DNA of 53,652 bases, counting the filler, from Sphacelaria rigidula (lineage: Eukaryota): the NCBI GenBank assembly GCA_964200075.2. It is 3 parts of 3 records of this genome, joined end to end, with 100 filler letters (N's around TTAATTAATTAA, not from the genome) between each part and the next. Parts side by side here need not be neighbours in the genome. Positions count along the whole stretch, not along the records: positions 1 to 17,825 come from CAXNAA020000985.1; 2 more parts are not named here. One strand, written 5' to 3'. Under the pieces are notes generated by a model, which saw only the letters and a list, made by a program, of their open reading frames with translations, made no database searches and was not told the DNA's origin. This document shows positions 1 to 12,739 of the stretch, one piece after another. Numbering within the stretch: position 1 is the stretch's first letter; the number at the start of each line of letters is the position of its first letter. A program made the position numbers and the translations under genes.

Positions 1-119
1 AAACATAGAAAAATAGTTTTCTCCTAGCACAGACTGTTTTTTTTTTGTGGTGGGGCGGGAGGGGGGGGGGGGGGAATCACACGATTACCGTGAAATTGTG
101 AGCAGAGCCTGGGACTTGA

Positions 120-620
120 ACAACGGGTGTTGGCGTATTTTACCGGTGTGCGTAGCTCCATGACAGAGCAGTTTAGCATCAGTTCTGTGCGATCGGGTGT
201 CAGATGGCAGCAAGGGAAATGATCAAGGTGTTGCGCCGGCTTTGGGGGGGGGGGGGGGGGGAGCCATCCTCAATATGAGCGGTGCGATGAGTAGAATGAA
301 GCCGGAGCTCTTGCCGAAGGTAGCTGCGAACGTGTTGAGTAGTACGTTTGTGTATACATGTTGACTACGGTAGGCTTCCATCTATTTTGCTGACTCAATC
401 GTGTCTTGCTCCCGGGGGTGTTTCAACACCCGACACTGCTGTATCAAGCATACACCGTCTACTTCGAATTCTCGCAGGTGTCCGACGCACAATGTCCGCG
501 GCCATCACATTGGAGCAATATGTGGGCAACGTTGGGCATGGTCTGACTCGCTCAGAGTTGCACAGCAAACCTAGCTGTCTTAGAACAGAACTGCAAGGGA
601 TGCTAATCGCTCAGTTTCGT
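120..620 (+). pseudogene. Decayed EsV-1-7-like repeats
   Basis: CIHVD(Y for C)GRLPS at 351-383; SCLAPG/GC across a frameshift at about 400-425. Manual translation only. Confidence 0.35.
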
Positions 621-2206
621 ATGAACACGCGAAAAAAACTCAAAATGTCACCGCTCTTGCCGACGGAAAAATCGAGCTAGCCAGGACATGACTTCATCAC
701 TCGGTAGTTGACACATTTCTCGGATTTCGGTGTTCAAACTCAGATCTCATACTCCACCTGTCCACAAACCGGAAATTTCCGAGAACTTTTTGTCAACAAC
801 AACCGAGTGGTCAAGTCTACTGCTAGCCAGTCAAAAACAAAGGAGCTGTCAAGTCGGTCTGAGAAGACTTCCAGAAGGCGTTCTGCGCACATGACACATG
901 CACTGCCCCGATCGAATTGCATACGGCCATACTGTCAGTGCATTACTCATTCTTCAAGCTAAATTTTCGATAAAATGAACCACCGACCCACTCCGAGGGT
1001 GGCTGTATAGACACAGACGGAGCCAGACCAAAACGCACGGTATATAACTACTACATTGCCGTGTCATTTTCTCTTCTGTCGCTGCGTTCTTTTCTCTGGT
1101 CGATTAGAATCACGGAGGATCAGGTTACACGAAACCTTTGAGGAGCCCACAACGTTCCCTGTCCCCACCTCTGAAATTAGACACTTTGACCGCCAGGGGG
1201 GGTCAACTGGGTCTCGGTCTCATTTTTCAATGGATAATTATGCCAATACAAAAGATGGTCCATCCGGGGGGTGATTGTATACGTGAACGAAACCGAAGAC
1301 GCACAGACGGTACAGTACAATGGTGCATGGTGCAATCCGGTCTGGTGCAGCTCAATGTTGTTTTCCCCCCCTCCCCGCTGCAGTTCTCCCCTCGTCTACA
1401 CGAAACTTTTGTAGAGCGCAACTCTCGCATATGTAAAACATAAATAATGCCAGACTTTACAGCTTATTCATGTTCTCATACTACATGGTAAGTGAGCCAA
1501 GACCGCCGCCTCATGTCGCCGACGCGCAAAGGCAGGGGTTTGAAATGTTACCACGAAAGTGTGAGAATTCACCCGCGGTCGTAAAACAGGTGTCATGGAC
1601 TGCAGAAGGAAGAGCACAAGGGATCAAGGACAATTTATCCTTCACCTCCACGTTTTCGTGTTTAATTCTTGAATTTGTTCAGAGGTGCAGCGTATGAGGT
1701 ATTTCGTACACTGGAAAGTTTCCGATTTTTTTCATCTTTTGCACTCCACATTCAAAACGGAAGGGGGAATAAGCTGATGACGGCATCAGTTCCACTCTCA
1801 GAGATGTCAGATTCGAATTTTCAGCGTCAGAGTTTTGTTTGGAGCACAACACTCTGATGTCTCATGTGTACGGTACGGTACAGTAATGGGCCACAGGGTA
1901 CGGCACGATACAGATTCGCTACTGACTGTTGTACAGTGCTGTGCTGACATGTATTCTTGAACCGGACGTGGGCCGATTACACATTTCGTGAGGCAACGTG
2001 CCTCGTGAGAACCGCGACGAAAAAATCCACGTCGAGTCACGTCACGCCAGCTTCCGCTATGATCACTTTGGCGTCCACACTAAACTCCCCCCATTTTGAT
2101 TCTGAAATTGATTCGGATTTTGTTCCGGAATGTACCAGGCTGCTACGTGGGTGTTCGAAATCCGGATTTTGCCAGATTTTTAGCCGGCACAAGAGGCTAG
2201 GGCCTA

Positions 2207-3035
2207 CGAGCTGGGCCAGCTGAGGAGCGAATTTGGAGTTTGCAGGCCTCTTCACCTCCAGATATTTGGAGTTTGACCCTGAAATTTGGTATGGACGATG
2301 AATAGGGCATAGTAAAACCAAATACCAGTGCACACAAGTTTTTTTTTGTTTTCATAAATAAAGGGCATTTAAATTGTACCTGAAAACTGACGATTGCCTT
2401 CCACTCCTGAAGGAATAAATGTGTGCACTGGAAGTCGTTTTCAGCATGCGCTTTTAATTGTTCATACCAAATTTCAGCGTCCAAGTTTCAAAATTGGCCG
2501 GAGAATGGGACGTCCAGTGACCGGGTCAGAATAAATTCGGAGCAGTATTTTGGAGGCCATCTACCGATCCACGTTCGGTGTTCGTGTATTGAGAATTAGT
2601 TTGGGCCTTGGCTAGGGAATAGTGACGACACACAGTGGGTCAGGTTCACTTTTTTCCTGTTATTTCTACACTGGTTTGGGGCGTTTCATTACGGAAACGA
2701 CCATTTTTATACAAGAACGGCCGAACTTGTCAAAAAAATAAACTGAGCGCCCACGTTTTGTTTCCAGCATACCTCTGTGCTTCTTTGTACTGAGTTTCGA
2801 ATTGAAATTATTAAAATAAAGCTCAAACAGTGAGATAAGGCCCAAGACAGTGTCAATTGTTCATCAGAACTGCCCTTCAAACGGATTGAGAAGATATGGC
2901 CCCGGCATTCGAGCCCATGGGCACCTTCCCCTGAATTAGGCGATTGATACGATATGCGGATGATGGCCCAACTCGTTTGTGTCAATGAAATGTTGCTCCG
3001 AGAGCTCAAATCCATTACTAGGCTAGCCCAGCTCG
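2207..3035. mobile_element. MITE family A copy 1 (Tc1/mariner-type, TA TSD)
   Basis: TA|CGAGCTGGGCCAGC ... GCTAGCCCAGCTCG|TA; body aligns with 11172-12348 and 18535-19070. Confidence 0.85.
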
Positions 3036-3499
3036 TATTCAATTGTTTCCAAAAGTATGTTTGTGTTCGATGTGTTCGACAAGCCCTGTCCGGAAGTACA
3101 AGCACGACAACGCTCGGGCCGAAATCAGCCGAGCTGGACGGTCTACCCTCTCTACACATCGATACCGCAAACCCTGTTCAAGTCCCAGTGTACATGAGCT
3201 CTTGCCAGAAACGATGGGGGAAACAGCGAACAACGGCGCATGATGTTGACGATCACGGTCAAACACGTCGCGCGTCTCATGTCACGTCCGAGACGTCTCA
3301 CGACAGGGAAGGGGGTGTTTGATTCCACAAAAAAATGGCTAATAGATGCGCTAGAGCACGAACACACTCGCGGTGTGCGCTTGTATTTGGGCGAAAACGG
3401 CGTTATGCGGTATCAACGAATGTTATTTCATCGGTAACAAGCGCCTTCAAACTTCCTCATGCGCGTTTTTTCTTCTCATCTTTTTATTTTTATGCTCGG

Positions 3500-4135
3500 A
3501 GGGGTTGGGTTGCCCTGGTACGCAGGAGTGCTGCAGGGAGCGTAGAGGTTTATGACCTCATTGCACGGAAATGAGGGGGAGGCCAGCGGACTGCGTGCGA
3601 TTAGACGGGAGACCAACGAGGCCCAGATAGCATAGCAATGACGACGGTCCAGAGAAAGGGGGGTTGGGGGATGGACCTCACGATGAGGGGTGTCTCCATG
3701 TCATCCAGTGCTAGTCTTTATACACCTGGTATGCTTGTTTGTATGGTTGTCCCTCGAGAGGTCGAAAGATGGAACGTTGCGATTCTCAGTTATTTGGTTG
3801 GCGGTATTTGGGGCTTTGAGTCTCGCCCGTAGTCGGAACCCGTGTTTATTTCTACTCGGCATCGCGCGTCGAGTTGGAAAGCCGGGTGCCACTTCCTGAA
3901 GTCCGAATGACACATGTGGGACCGGATCTTCTGGGGTTAGCCACATGTACTCTCTTTTCCATCATGTATCCCTGTTTTTGCTTGTATCGCGTTTCGTGAG
4001 TTATAATCTGTGTATTTTCTTTCTTGGTTTCTTGTAGCCTGTGACCACGGAAGGAGTCCGCATCAGATGCCAGCCCAGTACCAATGTACCGCGGAGATAT
4101 CGGAACGGTTCTTCAATGTGAAGACAACAACAAGA
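3500..4135 (+). mobile_element. Non-LTR retrotransposon (RTE-like LINE) 3' end
   Basis: PWYAGVLQGA*RFMTSLHGNEGEASGLR resembles the C-terminus of RTE-type ORF2 (from recall). It is followed by a 3' UTR ending in (ACA)n; the last ~100 bp recur at 27540-27636. Confidence 0.6.
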
Positions 4136-4514
4136 TGTGGAGCAGCCGCCTCATGGATATTTCGGTGTAATGCATACACTTCCATGCCTTTTTCGTGTCC
4201 CTGTTGTGGGGGTTCCTGGCGGCACCCCCAACAGAATACACCTTCCAGGATGAAGACAAGATGAGACGTTGAACATTACAAGATTTCACGTTCCGTTGGA
4301 AAAAGGGCTCTCTAGTTCTCTCCGTATCCTGATTTCGGAGGATACAACTATTTTCTTCGATTTTACAGCGGTGTTACTCTTTACACTTCTTCTGATAGAG
4401 AGGCCACTGTGGTACCGTTGGGTTTTGCAAGCTGTGTCCTCACCATACAGCGTCATCGGATCGAGTGTCGAGTATCGACACCAATCGCGTCATTTTCCGA
4501 TTATCGAAAAATTT

Positions 4515-6634
4515 CAGGGGTCTACAGTTACACGTTCCACAGCGTTACACGTTGCGTCTTGTCTGAAACGTAACGATAAATTTTCTTAAAGCCACATACG
4601 TAACGTGACGTGAATGTTCAAATGCCTCAAGGTTCAAATCACGTAATATGAAACGTTCCATGTAACGTATAACATCTACTACACGTTACATGGAACGTTT
4701 TACCTTACGTTACACGTTACATGAAACGTCGTGAATACGTCACATGCAGTGGTGAAACTTCAAGTTTGCATTGAATTTCAAAATCCTAGAAGACGGTGAT
4801 TCAATCAACACGAGTGAGTTTGAATGATCATGGTATAAGTACGGTACCATTGCGAAAATTTCGCGCTCTCCTGATCACATGTCACAATCGTAACATCATG
4901 ACCATCTCGACCACGTTCAAGGCTACTTCTTATGCATAAAAAAAAATCGTTGTCAGAAAAAGCCGTTTCTCAACAGCGCGGTTTTCCACATTATTTCTCA
5001 AAGTAGCCTTTCTCTCGTAAATCGACGCGCTGTCAAAATTGGAAACACAGTGCTGATCGTTCTTCATGAGGTATGCAGGCATAATTTCAATTTCTCGGGC
5101 GCGCGAGAAAGACGCGGCACCCTGCTGTCGTGTCGTGGTGTACGGTCCGCCGTGACTGTCTGTACTACTGTGATTTTTACCTGCGCAATACATGGTGGGC
5201 TGCGTGACGCAAGACCATCAAGACGAACATCGCCTTGCTGCAATACAAAAAAAATGCCTGTAGAAGTGACTGTTGTGCTTTCCACTGCACGGTAGTACTT
5301 GACTGAAAGGAAAGCGGGGACAAGAGTGTATGCATTTACTGTAAACTTTTTCGTGAGGTTGAGAGAAGAGCGTTGATTGAGAGTGGCTTTGTTCATTCGC
5401 TTCAACTCAACCAATGATTCATTCCGTGTGCGCTTCTTCTCCCCTTCATCACTGCCGTGTGCTCAAAAGCTACCCGTCGATGTACTACTTAAGGATATCA
5501 AGGACCGAAGTAGAAAGTTACTACAGAAAGCATATTGGGCCTCGTAGAGGGGCATTTCGGAACTGAAACGGGTATTTCACCATTTGACTGGTTTTGACTC
5601 ACAATCGTATCCTCCACTCCTAATTTCACGAAAACCTTCGTTGTAGTGGTGGCTTGGTTGCCATCATCACTGCTGTCGCTGGTGCTCGCGGGCAGTCAGC
5701 GTTTTGCTTCATTGCCCTTTGCTCGCCAGTAGCGTGATGGCCCTCACCCCCTTCACCCATGAGAACAAAACAAGGCAGGGTTCATGACGAGTGCCGTCAG
5801 ACACCCTGTATGCAGGTTGCACAGTGATGTAACACTACAGCAGTAGCACTACTGCTTATACCGTGGTGTTGTGTGTACGGCCAGTGCGGTCCTGTCTCTG
5901 AAAGTCCCAGGTGCGTGGGCAGTCTGTACTGCATCGCGAGTGCTGTTCGCATCACCCTGCATGCACATACCTGATATGCTAGCTATATACTGTCTGTGCA
6001 AACAGAGTATACAGCACTCTTCATCGACCGTGCCCTGTGCTGTACTCATGGGGTAAAGCAACACGCTAACTACCCGCGAGCACCAGCGACAGGGGTGGTG
6101 ACGGCAGCTAAGCCACCCATAGCTGCTGTTGTGGGCTAGAGGGTGTGCTGGCGTCCGGCGGTATTTCGAGCGCATTTTCTGATCACGTAGGAAGTGGGTT
6201 ATCAGAAGATGCGTTTTCATGTAGAGTTTTTTCCATACATGATGAGTAGCCGACGGGTCACCGTCAGCGTCACGTGCACGGTAACGTCACGCGTTGAACG
6301 GCACGTTACCACACCTTCAACACTGTTGCATGAGCCGCGACATGTACAGAATGAAACGTTACATTCGAACGTCACACGTGTCAATGTAACGTCAAATTAA
6401 ACGTTACACGTGACATTGAAATGTTTCAGATTATGTCACATGTAAAGAAACGTAACGTTAATTTTCTTTGTGATAATGGTAACGTGAACGTAACTCAAGA
6501 AATTCATATAAAACGTTGATGTGACACTCAAGTTCATCTAGAGTGACATCCGTAACGTAACGTGAACGTCAAATATTTTTCACGTGATGAAAGTACCGTG
6601 ACGTGACCGTGAAGGTGTAACGTGTAGACCCTTG
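4515..6634. mobile_element. Non-autonomous hAT-type element with ACGT-rich subterminal repeats
   Basis: TIR CAGGGGTCTACA / TGTAGACCCTTG; 8-bp flanks AAAAATTT (4507-4514) and AAAAATAT (6635-6642); dense CGTTAC/CGTGAC motifs at both ends. Confidence 0.8.
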
Positions 6635-6825
6635 AAAAATATCATGGGGGGATACGTGACACGTGACGTAAATCACGTTCGTAAACTTGAACGTTACGTG
6701 ATCGTGCCATCTGGAATTTCAACGTGACGCGGACGTGACGTTCATCACGTTAAAAAACTTCAACGTGACGTTTCGTTACATGTAACGTGATTTGTAACGG
6801 AACATTGTCACGTGTCCCGTTCGAA

Positions 6826-6925
6826 TGTAGCTTTCAGTTCCGTTTTTCTTGGGTACGTCCATCGTAAGACCGCGGCTGGACACCTAAGGGGTCAGTTGAA
6901 GTGCGACAATCAATCAATCAAATCA
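6826..6925 (+). mobile_element. Retroelement 3' end with (CAAT)n tail
   Basis: GACC(G/A)CGGCTGGA...AAGTGCGACAATCAATCAA shared with 23260-23357. Confidence 0.6.
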
Positions 6926-7092
6926 AAATGATACGTCCTGAATACTTCAACTCTGCAATGAGTTTTGAATCACGCCATGACAACAAAAAAAACAGAAAAA
7001 AAGAGGGGTCGAACAGAACGACATAGCACACCAAGTCGTGACCAAAAAATGAAAAGTGAACACAAGCAAAGCACAGAAAGAAATGGCCGACC

Positions 7093-7142
<50 letters not shown>

Positions 7143-7175
7143 ACAATAATAATAATAATAATAATTATTATTACT
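7093..7175. repeat. Compound (TTA)n/(TAA)n microsatellite
   Basis: Read directly; source of the spurious poly-Y/N/I ORFs. Confidence 0.95.
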
Positions 7176-7581
7176 ACTTCCATCACAAACATCTAAGCGA
7201 AAAACATATCTTGAACATGCAAAAGGAAAATAACAGAAAATACAAAGCAAATAATCTGAAATACAGTGAAAAGATGGAGGAAGAAAAAGAAAAATAGATA
7301 TACATGTCACGTGTAACGTTATGTGTAACGTTTCATGTCGCGTGTCAGGTATAATATAGTATATTGTATGTGACACGTGATATGAAACGCTACACAATAC
7401 GTGATTTGAACGTTTGGTCAATTCAACGTAACGACATACGTGACGCGTGTCACGTTCATGAAATTTGACGTGAAAGTGACGCCCAAAGCGTGACGTTCAC
7501 GTCAAGTGTCACGCCGTCACGTATCCCTCCTTGAAAATTATCGGAATCGATATTTTGTCGTCGACGTCTCAAAATATCATA

Positions 7582-10216
7582 CGAGCTGCTTTACGGTGAT
7601 CACCCGAAGAACACTCATCGACCAAAAGACCTCACTAGAGGTGGGCACCGGCAGACAAAGAACCGGTTATAACCGGTTATTGGAAACCCCCACAGGCGTT
7701 AACCGGTAACGGTAACGAAAAAAAAAACGGAGTTTTTTTTACCCGGTTAAAAAAAGAGGCGTTCTTACGCTGGTTTTACCGGTTTTTCCGGTGAACCGGT
7801 TTAACCGGTTCAATTCCGAAGTCGAAAGTTCGATAGCAAAAGCGTGACAAACAAGTTGGTGTCAGGTGGTGTCATCAGGCGATACGAGTACATACCTGGT
7901 CATCGGGAGGGTGTTTCTGGCCGTCAAACACCACTGTTCGGCCTCAGTGTAATGACTAATGAATACATTTCTACAAATGCGATGGGACGGACCCGATCAA
8001 GGGAAACTTTTCAAGAGTAATAATCTGGATTGAGATATGGCAGGACTGTCGATGACAAATCAGCCCGTAAGCCCATGAGTCACTCTATATTCCAAACAGT
8101 GTTGTTTTTGTGGAAAGTGTGCAGCGGATTCAAGTATCTTTGAATCCTAGATATAATGAGTCGTGGCAGGCGAAAAAGCCCAAGGCAATCGCCAGTCACA
8201 GAGAAATTACAAAATGAACAGTCCGGGTACTCACCACCCCAGCTTTTCCTCTCGAGACGGTGTGTTGGCCCGGACGCTACTGCTCATGGAGATGCCTTTC
8301 GTGCGGAGAAGTTTTTCGTGTGAATGCCTCCTCGATTAATCTATGCCAGGTCCAAGATTATAACAGCCGTTCAAGTAATGAAAACCATTCATCAACGCAT
8401 TGGAATAAGTGTCAACAGTCGCTAGTCACCAGTCACCAGCCGCTGTGCCGTAAGCCGTAAGTTCGACAGATGTTGCACGGGTACGGAGGTCTGAAATTTA
8501 ACCTTGCCGTCACCTGTAATGGGTGTTTTCGAGCGTATCCATCACTCACGCGGTGTGAAACACATGACAACAACGCCTATTTCACCGACGTTTCAATGAT
8601 TCGGAGGCGTTGTCCCTTGCTCATCAGGGTAAACCGGCCGAAAAAAACCCGGTTAAACCGGTTTTTCGATTTGAAAATAACGCCCCCTTATCCGGCTACC
8701 GGTTTTCTAAATTTGCTGTCCGGTACCCACCTCTAGACCTCACGCCGTTTCAAGGAGTTAGACCCTGACATTTTGCACAGATATTCTCTAGGTCACTACG
8801 CAACTTTCGAATGATGAGGGTTTTTCTTCTCCAGTATTATCACCGTTTTTCGGAAAACACCGATCCCATCGGACTCCCGTAAAACGGTAAAAAATCAAAG
8901 AACATCGCTTCCCCGAAGTGCCGTAATCACCCACGGAATAGGTGTGAGAAATTCTAGGGGCGAACTCTTCAAGACGGCGTGAGGTTGTTCGCTTTTGTGC
9001 GATAAACCCTGGCGTGCCGCGGTGAAACCGTAAGCTGCTTGATTGTTGCACCAAAACGGCGTTTTCTGGCCTTCTTTGACTCTTGAACATGAAAATTCAT
9101 GCAACAGTTGATCGATTTTTGCGACGAAATTTTGTGAGGCATTCCACCGAGTTATGCGGCGACGAATCGTGCGCGAAGTATGAGAAAATCGTGGTCCCGG
9201 TTTTCCGGGGTGCCAGAATAGAGACTACTTCGAAGCAAGACTTGGATCCCATCGGACCCCCCAAAAATGGTGAAAACTTTTTGGAAGTAAAAAAATCCAT
9301 GGACGGTATTGGAAAGGCGAGCCCGTGTCTGTGACCACGAGTTCGCGAGATTGGACAAATGTGCGGAAATAATAATAATAATAATAATAATGATGATGAT
9401 AATAATAAAACCATCTAGAAAGTTGCGTAATGATACAGAGCATTTTCTTGCAATTTTTCAGGATTCAACTACTGTTACCGGCGTGAGGATTTGCGCTTTT
9501 GTGGAGGACGTGGGCTTGACACGTGCAACTCTCAACTACTTGGTTCAAGCATGAATACGTCTTCTGGGGTGAATTTTACGTCAATGTAACACTGTGTGAA
9601 GTCTTCGATTTCCTCACCCATACTTTGTACAGATGTTCCTTGGACCATCCCGGGACGCATCATGTGATTTTTTTTTCGGGCATTCCGTACCACCTTTCTG
9701 GGGTCTTAATTCTGAGACTCCCAGTAGCCGGTAGAGAACGGAGAAAGCATGAAGTATGGTTGAGAAAACAATTTTTCCATTTGGCGCATCTGTATGTACG
9801 GAACTGCCACGTTTGAGGATGATATGAGCTTTTTAACGACAAAGGGTGGACACCGTCACGAGGCTCTCCGGGTTTTCCGTGCGTTATCATCAATGGTCCA
9901 CCGAAGTAAACGTTACAAAAATGTTATTTTCGTTCAATTCCTGTGCCGGTGACGGTTACCACGATTCTCATCATGTGGAGATTGAGTGCTCGGAGTTTGT
10001 AACTTCGATCTCGGAACAGTTTCAAGGGTGCTGATTGGTCAAGACGCATGTTCGTCCATAGCGCTACCGCTACGGCCTCGAACAAAAATCTGGCTGTTAC
10101 CCTTTCCGTCTGTTGATGGCGGTCAGTATGATACCATATACGTGACTGTTGGGTGCGTATTGCGGGAGGCATTCGCTGATGACACAATTTTGGATGATCA
10201 ACGATGAACCAGCTCG
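7582..10216 (+). mobile_element. Family B non-autonomous element copy 1 (about 1.5 kb plus a nested hAT), TA TSD
   Basis: TA|CGAGCTGCTTTACGGTGATCA ... TGATCAACGATGAACCAGCTCG|TA; collinear with 45174-46662. Confidence 0.85.
7636..8735. mobile_element. hAT-type non-autonomous element nested in family B copy 1
   Basis: TIR TAGAGGTGGGCACCGG / CCGGTACCCACCTCTA; perfect 8-bp TSD GACCTCAC (7628-7635, 8736-8743); AACCGG subterminal repeats; empty site visible at about 45217-45224. Confidence 0.93.
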
Positions 10217-10419
10217 TATCGAACTTTTTCACACTTCGAACAAAATATCGTCAACGGATGCAATAGAAGAGAAGTGTATTGAATGAAGTATAGGCCTATT
10301 GCAACTATTGCAGGCCAACAATAGTCACAATATGCCTGTACTTTATGCAGTGCGTTTCTTGTATATTGCATCTACTGACCGTATATTATCCAAGGTGTGG
10401 ACTCTTTAATGCGCTCGAT

Positions 10420-11165
10420 ATTCAACACTGCCGAATTAAATGCGCGCAAAACAAGCGTTCAGTGTTTGTTTCATTTGTATGGGGGCGGTATTTTGTTGGA
10501 TGAGGTACCCCAACGCAGTACACCTTGTGTCTGATGATACTAGAAGTAAACGTATGCGTGGACTGAAGCCGCACGTAGGTGTTCATGGAGCGGTTTCAAA
10601 GGCGCTCTGTGCGCTGCGTGGCTCGACAGGATGACCCTGCGCGATGCTGTGGTGATTCCGAAAACAAGTGCAACTTGTGATATAAAATCTGCGCGGAAGC
10701 AGGAATATATCTTGCCATCCTTGTTTCTATCGGCCCCCCGTGGTCGAGGGTGGCACCGAGGCGGGAAATACCCACTAGTTCAGTTTCTCCATGTGTTGGA
10801 GGCAGGTGACTTTTGGTTTTATACGGTGTGCCGGGCAAGACGCGGGCGCACAAGGCAGCCGAGGAGAAGACTTGTCTCCCATCAAGGACCCCTGCGGATC
10901 TGTGCGGGCAGAGGACAACGTTTCCTCCATCTCAGTGCCAGACCTAGTTTGGCCTTTACCACGACGGTCTGAGAATGACAGGAGTAGTTGGTGTACTTTT
11001 TTCTGTCAGCATCAATCAGATACTCACTCGGTGGTATGCTCCCACGTGAAGATATGCTCCCTGTCTCAAAAGTTAGGATACCTGAACGTGGACCATCCCT
11101 CAACCGTGCCCGGTTTGTTCTTCGATTTCTTTCGTTGAAATCTTCGGTGAAGGATATGTTTCATT
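10420..11165 (+). pseudogene. Decayed EsV-1-7-like repeats
   Basis: KPHVGVHGAVSKALCALR..GM at about 10565-10633, TCDIK/C at about 10675, CWRQVTFGF..RAHK at about 10794-10855. Confidence 0.4.
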
Positions 11166-11171
11166 TTTTCA

Positions 11172-12348
11172 CGAGCTGGGCCAGCCGAGAAGCGATTTTG
11201 TAGTTTGCAGGCCCATTATACGGCCAATATCTAGACTTGGACCCTGAAATGTGGCACGGACAATGAATAGGGCATACTAAAAGAAATCACCAGTGCACAC
11301 AAGTTTTTTTGCGCTTTTTCTTCTTGAGTTTGGGGCATTTTACCGATATCTGGAAACTGGTTATTTACCCCAACTCATGTAAAAAAAAAACACTTGTGTG
11401 CACTGGTATTTTTTCATCATGCGCCAGTCATTGTCCACATCAAATTTCAGGGTGCAACTCCATGTATTGGCCGTATAATGGGCCGTTTAGTGACAGGGTC
11501 AGAAGAAATTCGGAACGGTGTTTTGCAGTCCACTCACCGGCCCACGTTTGGTGTGAGCCGTGGCTAGGGCATAATTGACGAAACAAAGTGGGTCGGGTTG
11601 ATTTTTCATCGTTTCATCACTGGTTTAGACTGGTTTAGGGCGTTTCAGTGTGGAAATGACCCCTCTTCCACGAAGACGCCCGGACGTCTGCCCCCAACAA
11701 AAAACTGAGGGCCCATGTTGTTTTGATTCAGCATACCTCTTCGTTTCTGTACCTTGAATTTCAAATTACAATTCCAGATAATGAGCTCAAAAATTGAGAT
11801 GGGGCCCAAAAGCAGTGTTCATTTCTCCTCGAAACTGCCCCAAAAATCCGAAAAAAAATTGAAAAAGCTACGTTTATACGCTTCATTATGCACTAGCGGT
11901 TCTCCATACGAAATTTCATGGCATAACTCAAAAACTGGGACGCGATGTCCAGGTTCAGCTCATTTAACGCATCTTCTAGAAATTTATTAATTTGAAAATA
12001 GAAACTTATGTGCGCCACATCTCGAATAGACTACGAATTACGTGAACGTGAGGTTATTCACCGTCTACCCGTGCTCCAGGGCTTGCACACACTGAAATCC
12101 GTCATCCGCTGAATGCATCGATCGGGGGTATCATAGAGATTCTAGTATGGACGTTATCTCCCTTAGGGATAGGCATTACTAGACATGGTGTTTACTCAAC
12201 GAGAAACTATGGGCCCAAATTTTGAGCAGACGAGCACCTTCCCCTTGGTAAAACGATGAATACAATACGCAGATCATGGCTCGACTCGTTCGTGTCGACG
12301 AGAGATTGCTTTGAGAGCTCAAGTCCGTGTCTAGGCTGGCCCAGCTCG
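11172..12348. mobile_element. MITE family A copy 2
   Basis: CGAGCTGGGCCAGCC ... GGCTGGCCCAGCTCG, flanks CA/TG; has about 340 bp (about 11865-12205) absent from copy 1. Confidence 0.85.
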
Positions 12349-12739
12349 TGAGCAGGTGCTTGAGCTATGCGGCCGAACAGCCGAAAAATTCAGTCGGCTC
12401 AAAAGTGGCCGTATTTCACGCCTTCCCCACGAGGAATTGAGCGTCGGAAACTCTCGTCGCCACTGCGTAGGGGCCAAGCGATATCTCGGCGCCCCGTTTG
12501 CGAGGTGGGGGTGTGCTGGGGGTCATCGCTAGAATGTGTAGTGGGCAGGTCGGCTACTTAAATTTGAGGTTTTTTATATTTTTTTCGAGAATTCTCAATA
12601 TTTTCAAAAATATTCCCAAAATACGGTATACCTCAACCCATTTGAGGTAACGGGAAAAGCCCCCATTGTTTTTGTTTTCTAGCTTCATCTTGGTTACATC
12701 ACTCTACCGAACCCGACTATACTTACCAACACTGTTGTA

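Larger units (their letters stand above)
6643..7533. mobile_element. Second ACGT-rich hAT-type MITE, directly adjacent to the first
   Basis: TIR CATGGGGGGATACGTGAC / GTCACGTATCCCTCCTTG; flanks AAAAATAT and AAAATTAT (7534-7541). Confidence 0.8.

Noticed and set aside
6918-7421. ORFs with poly-Y/N/I tracts
   Set aside because: Translations of a (TTA)n/(TAA)n microsatellite inside a MITE.
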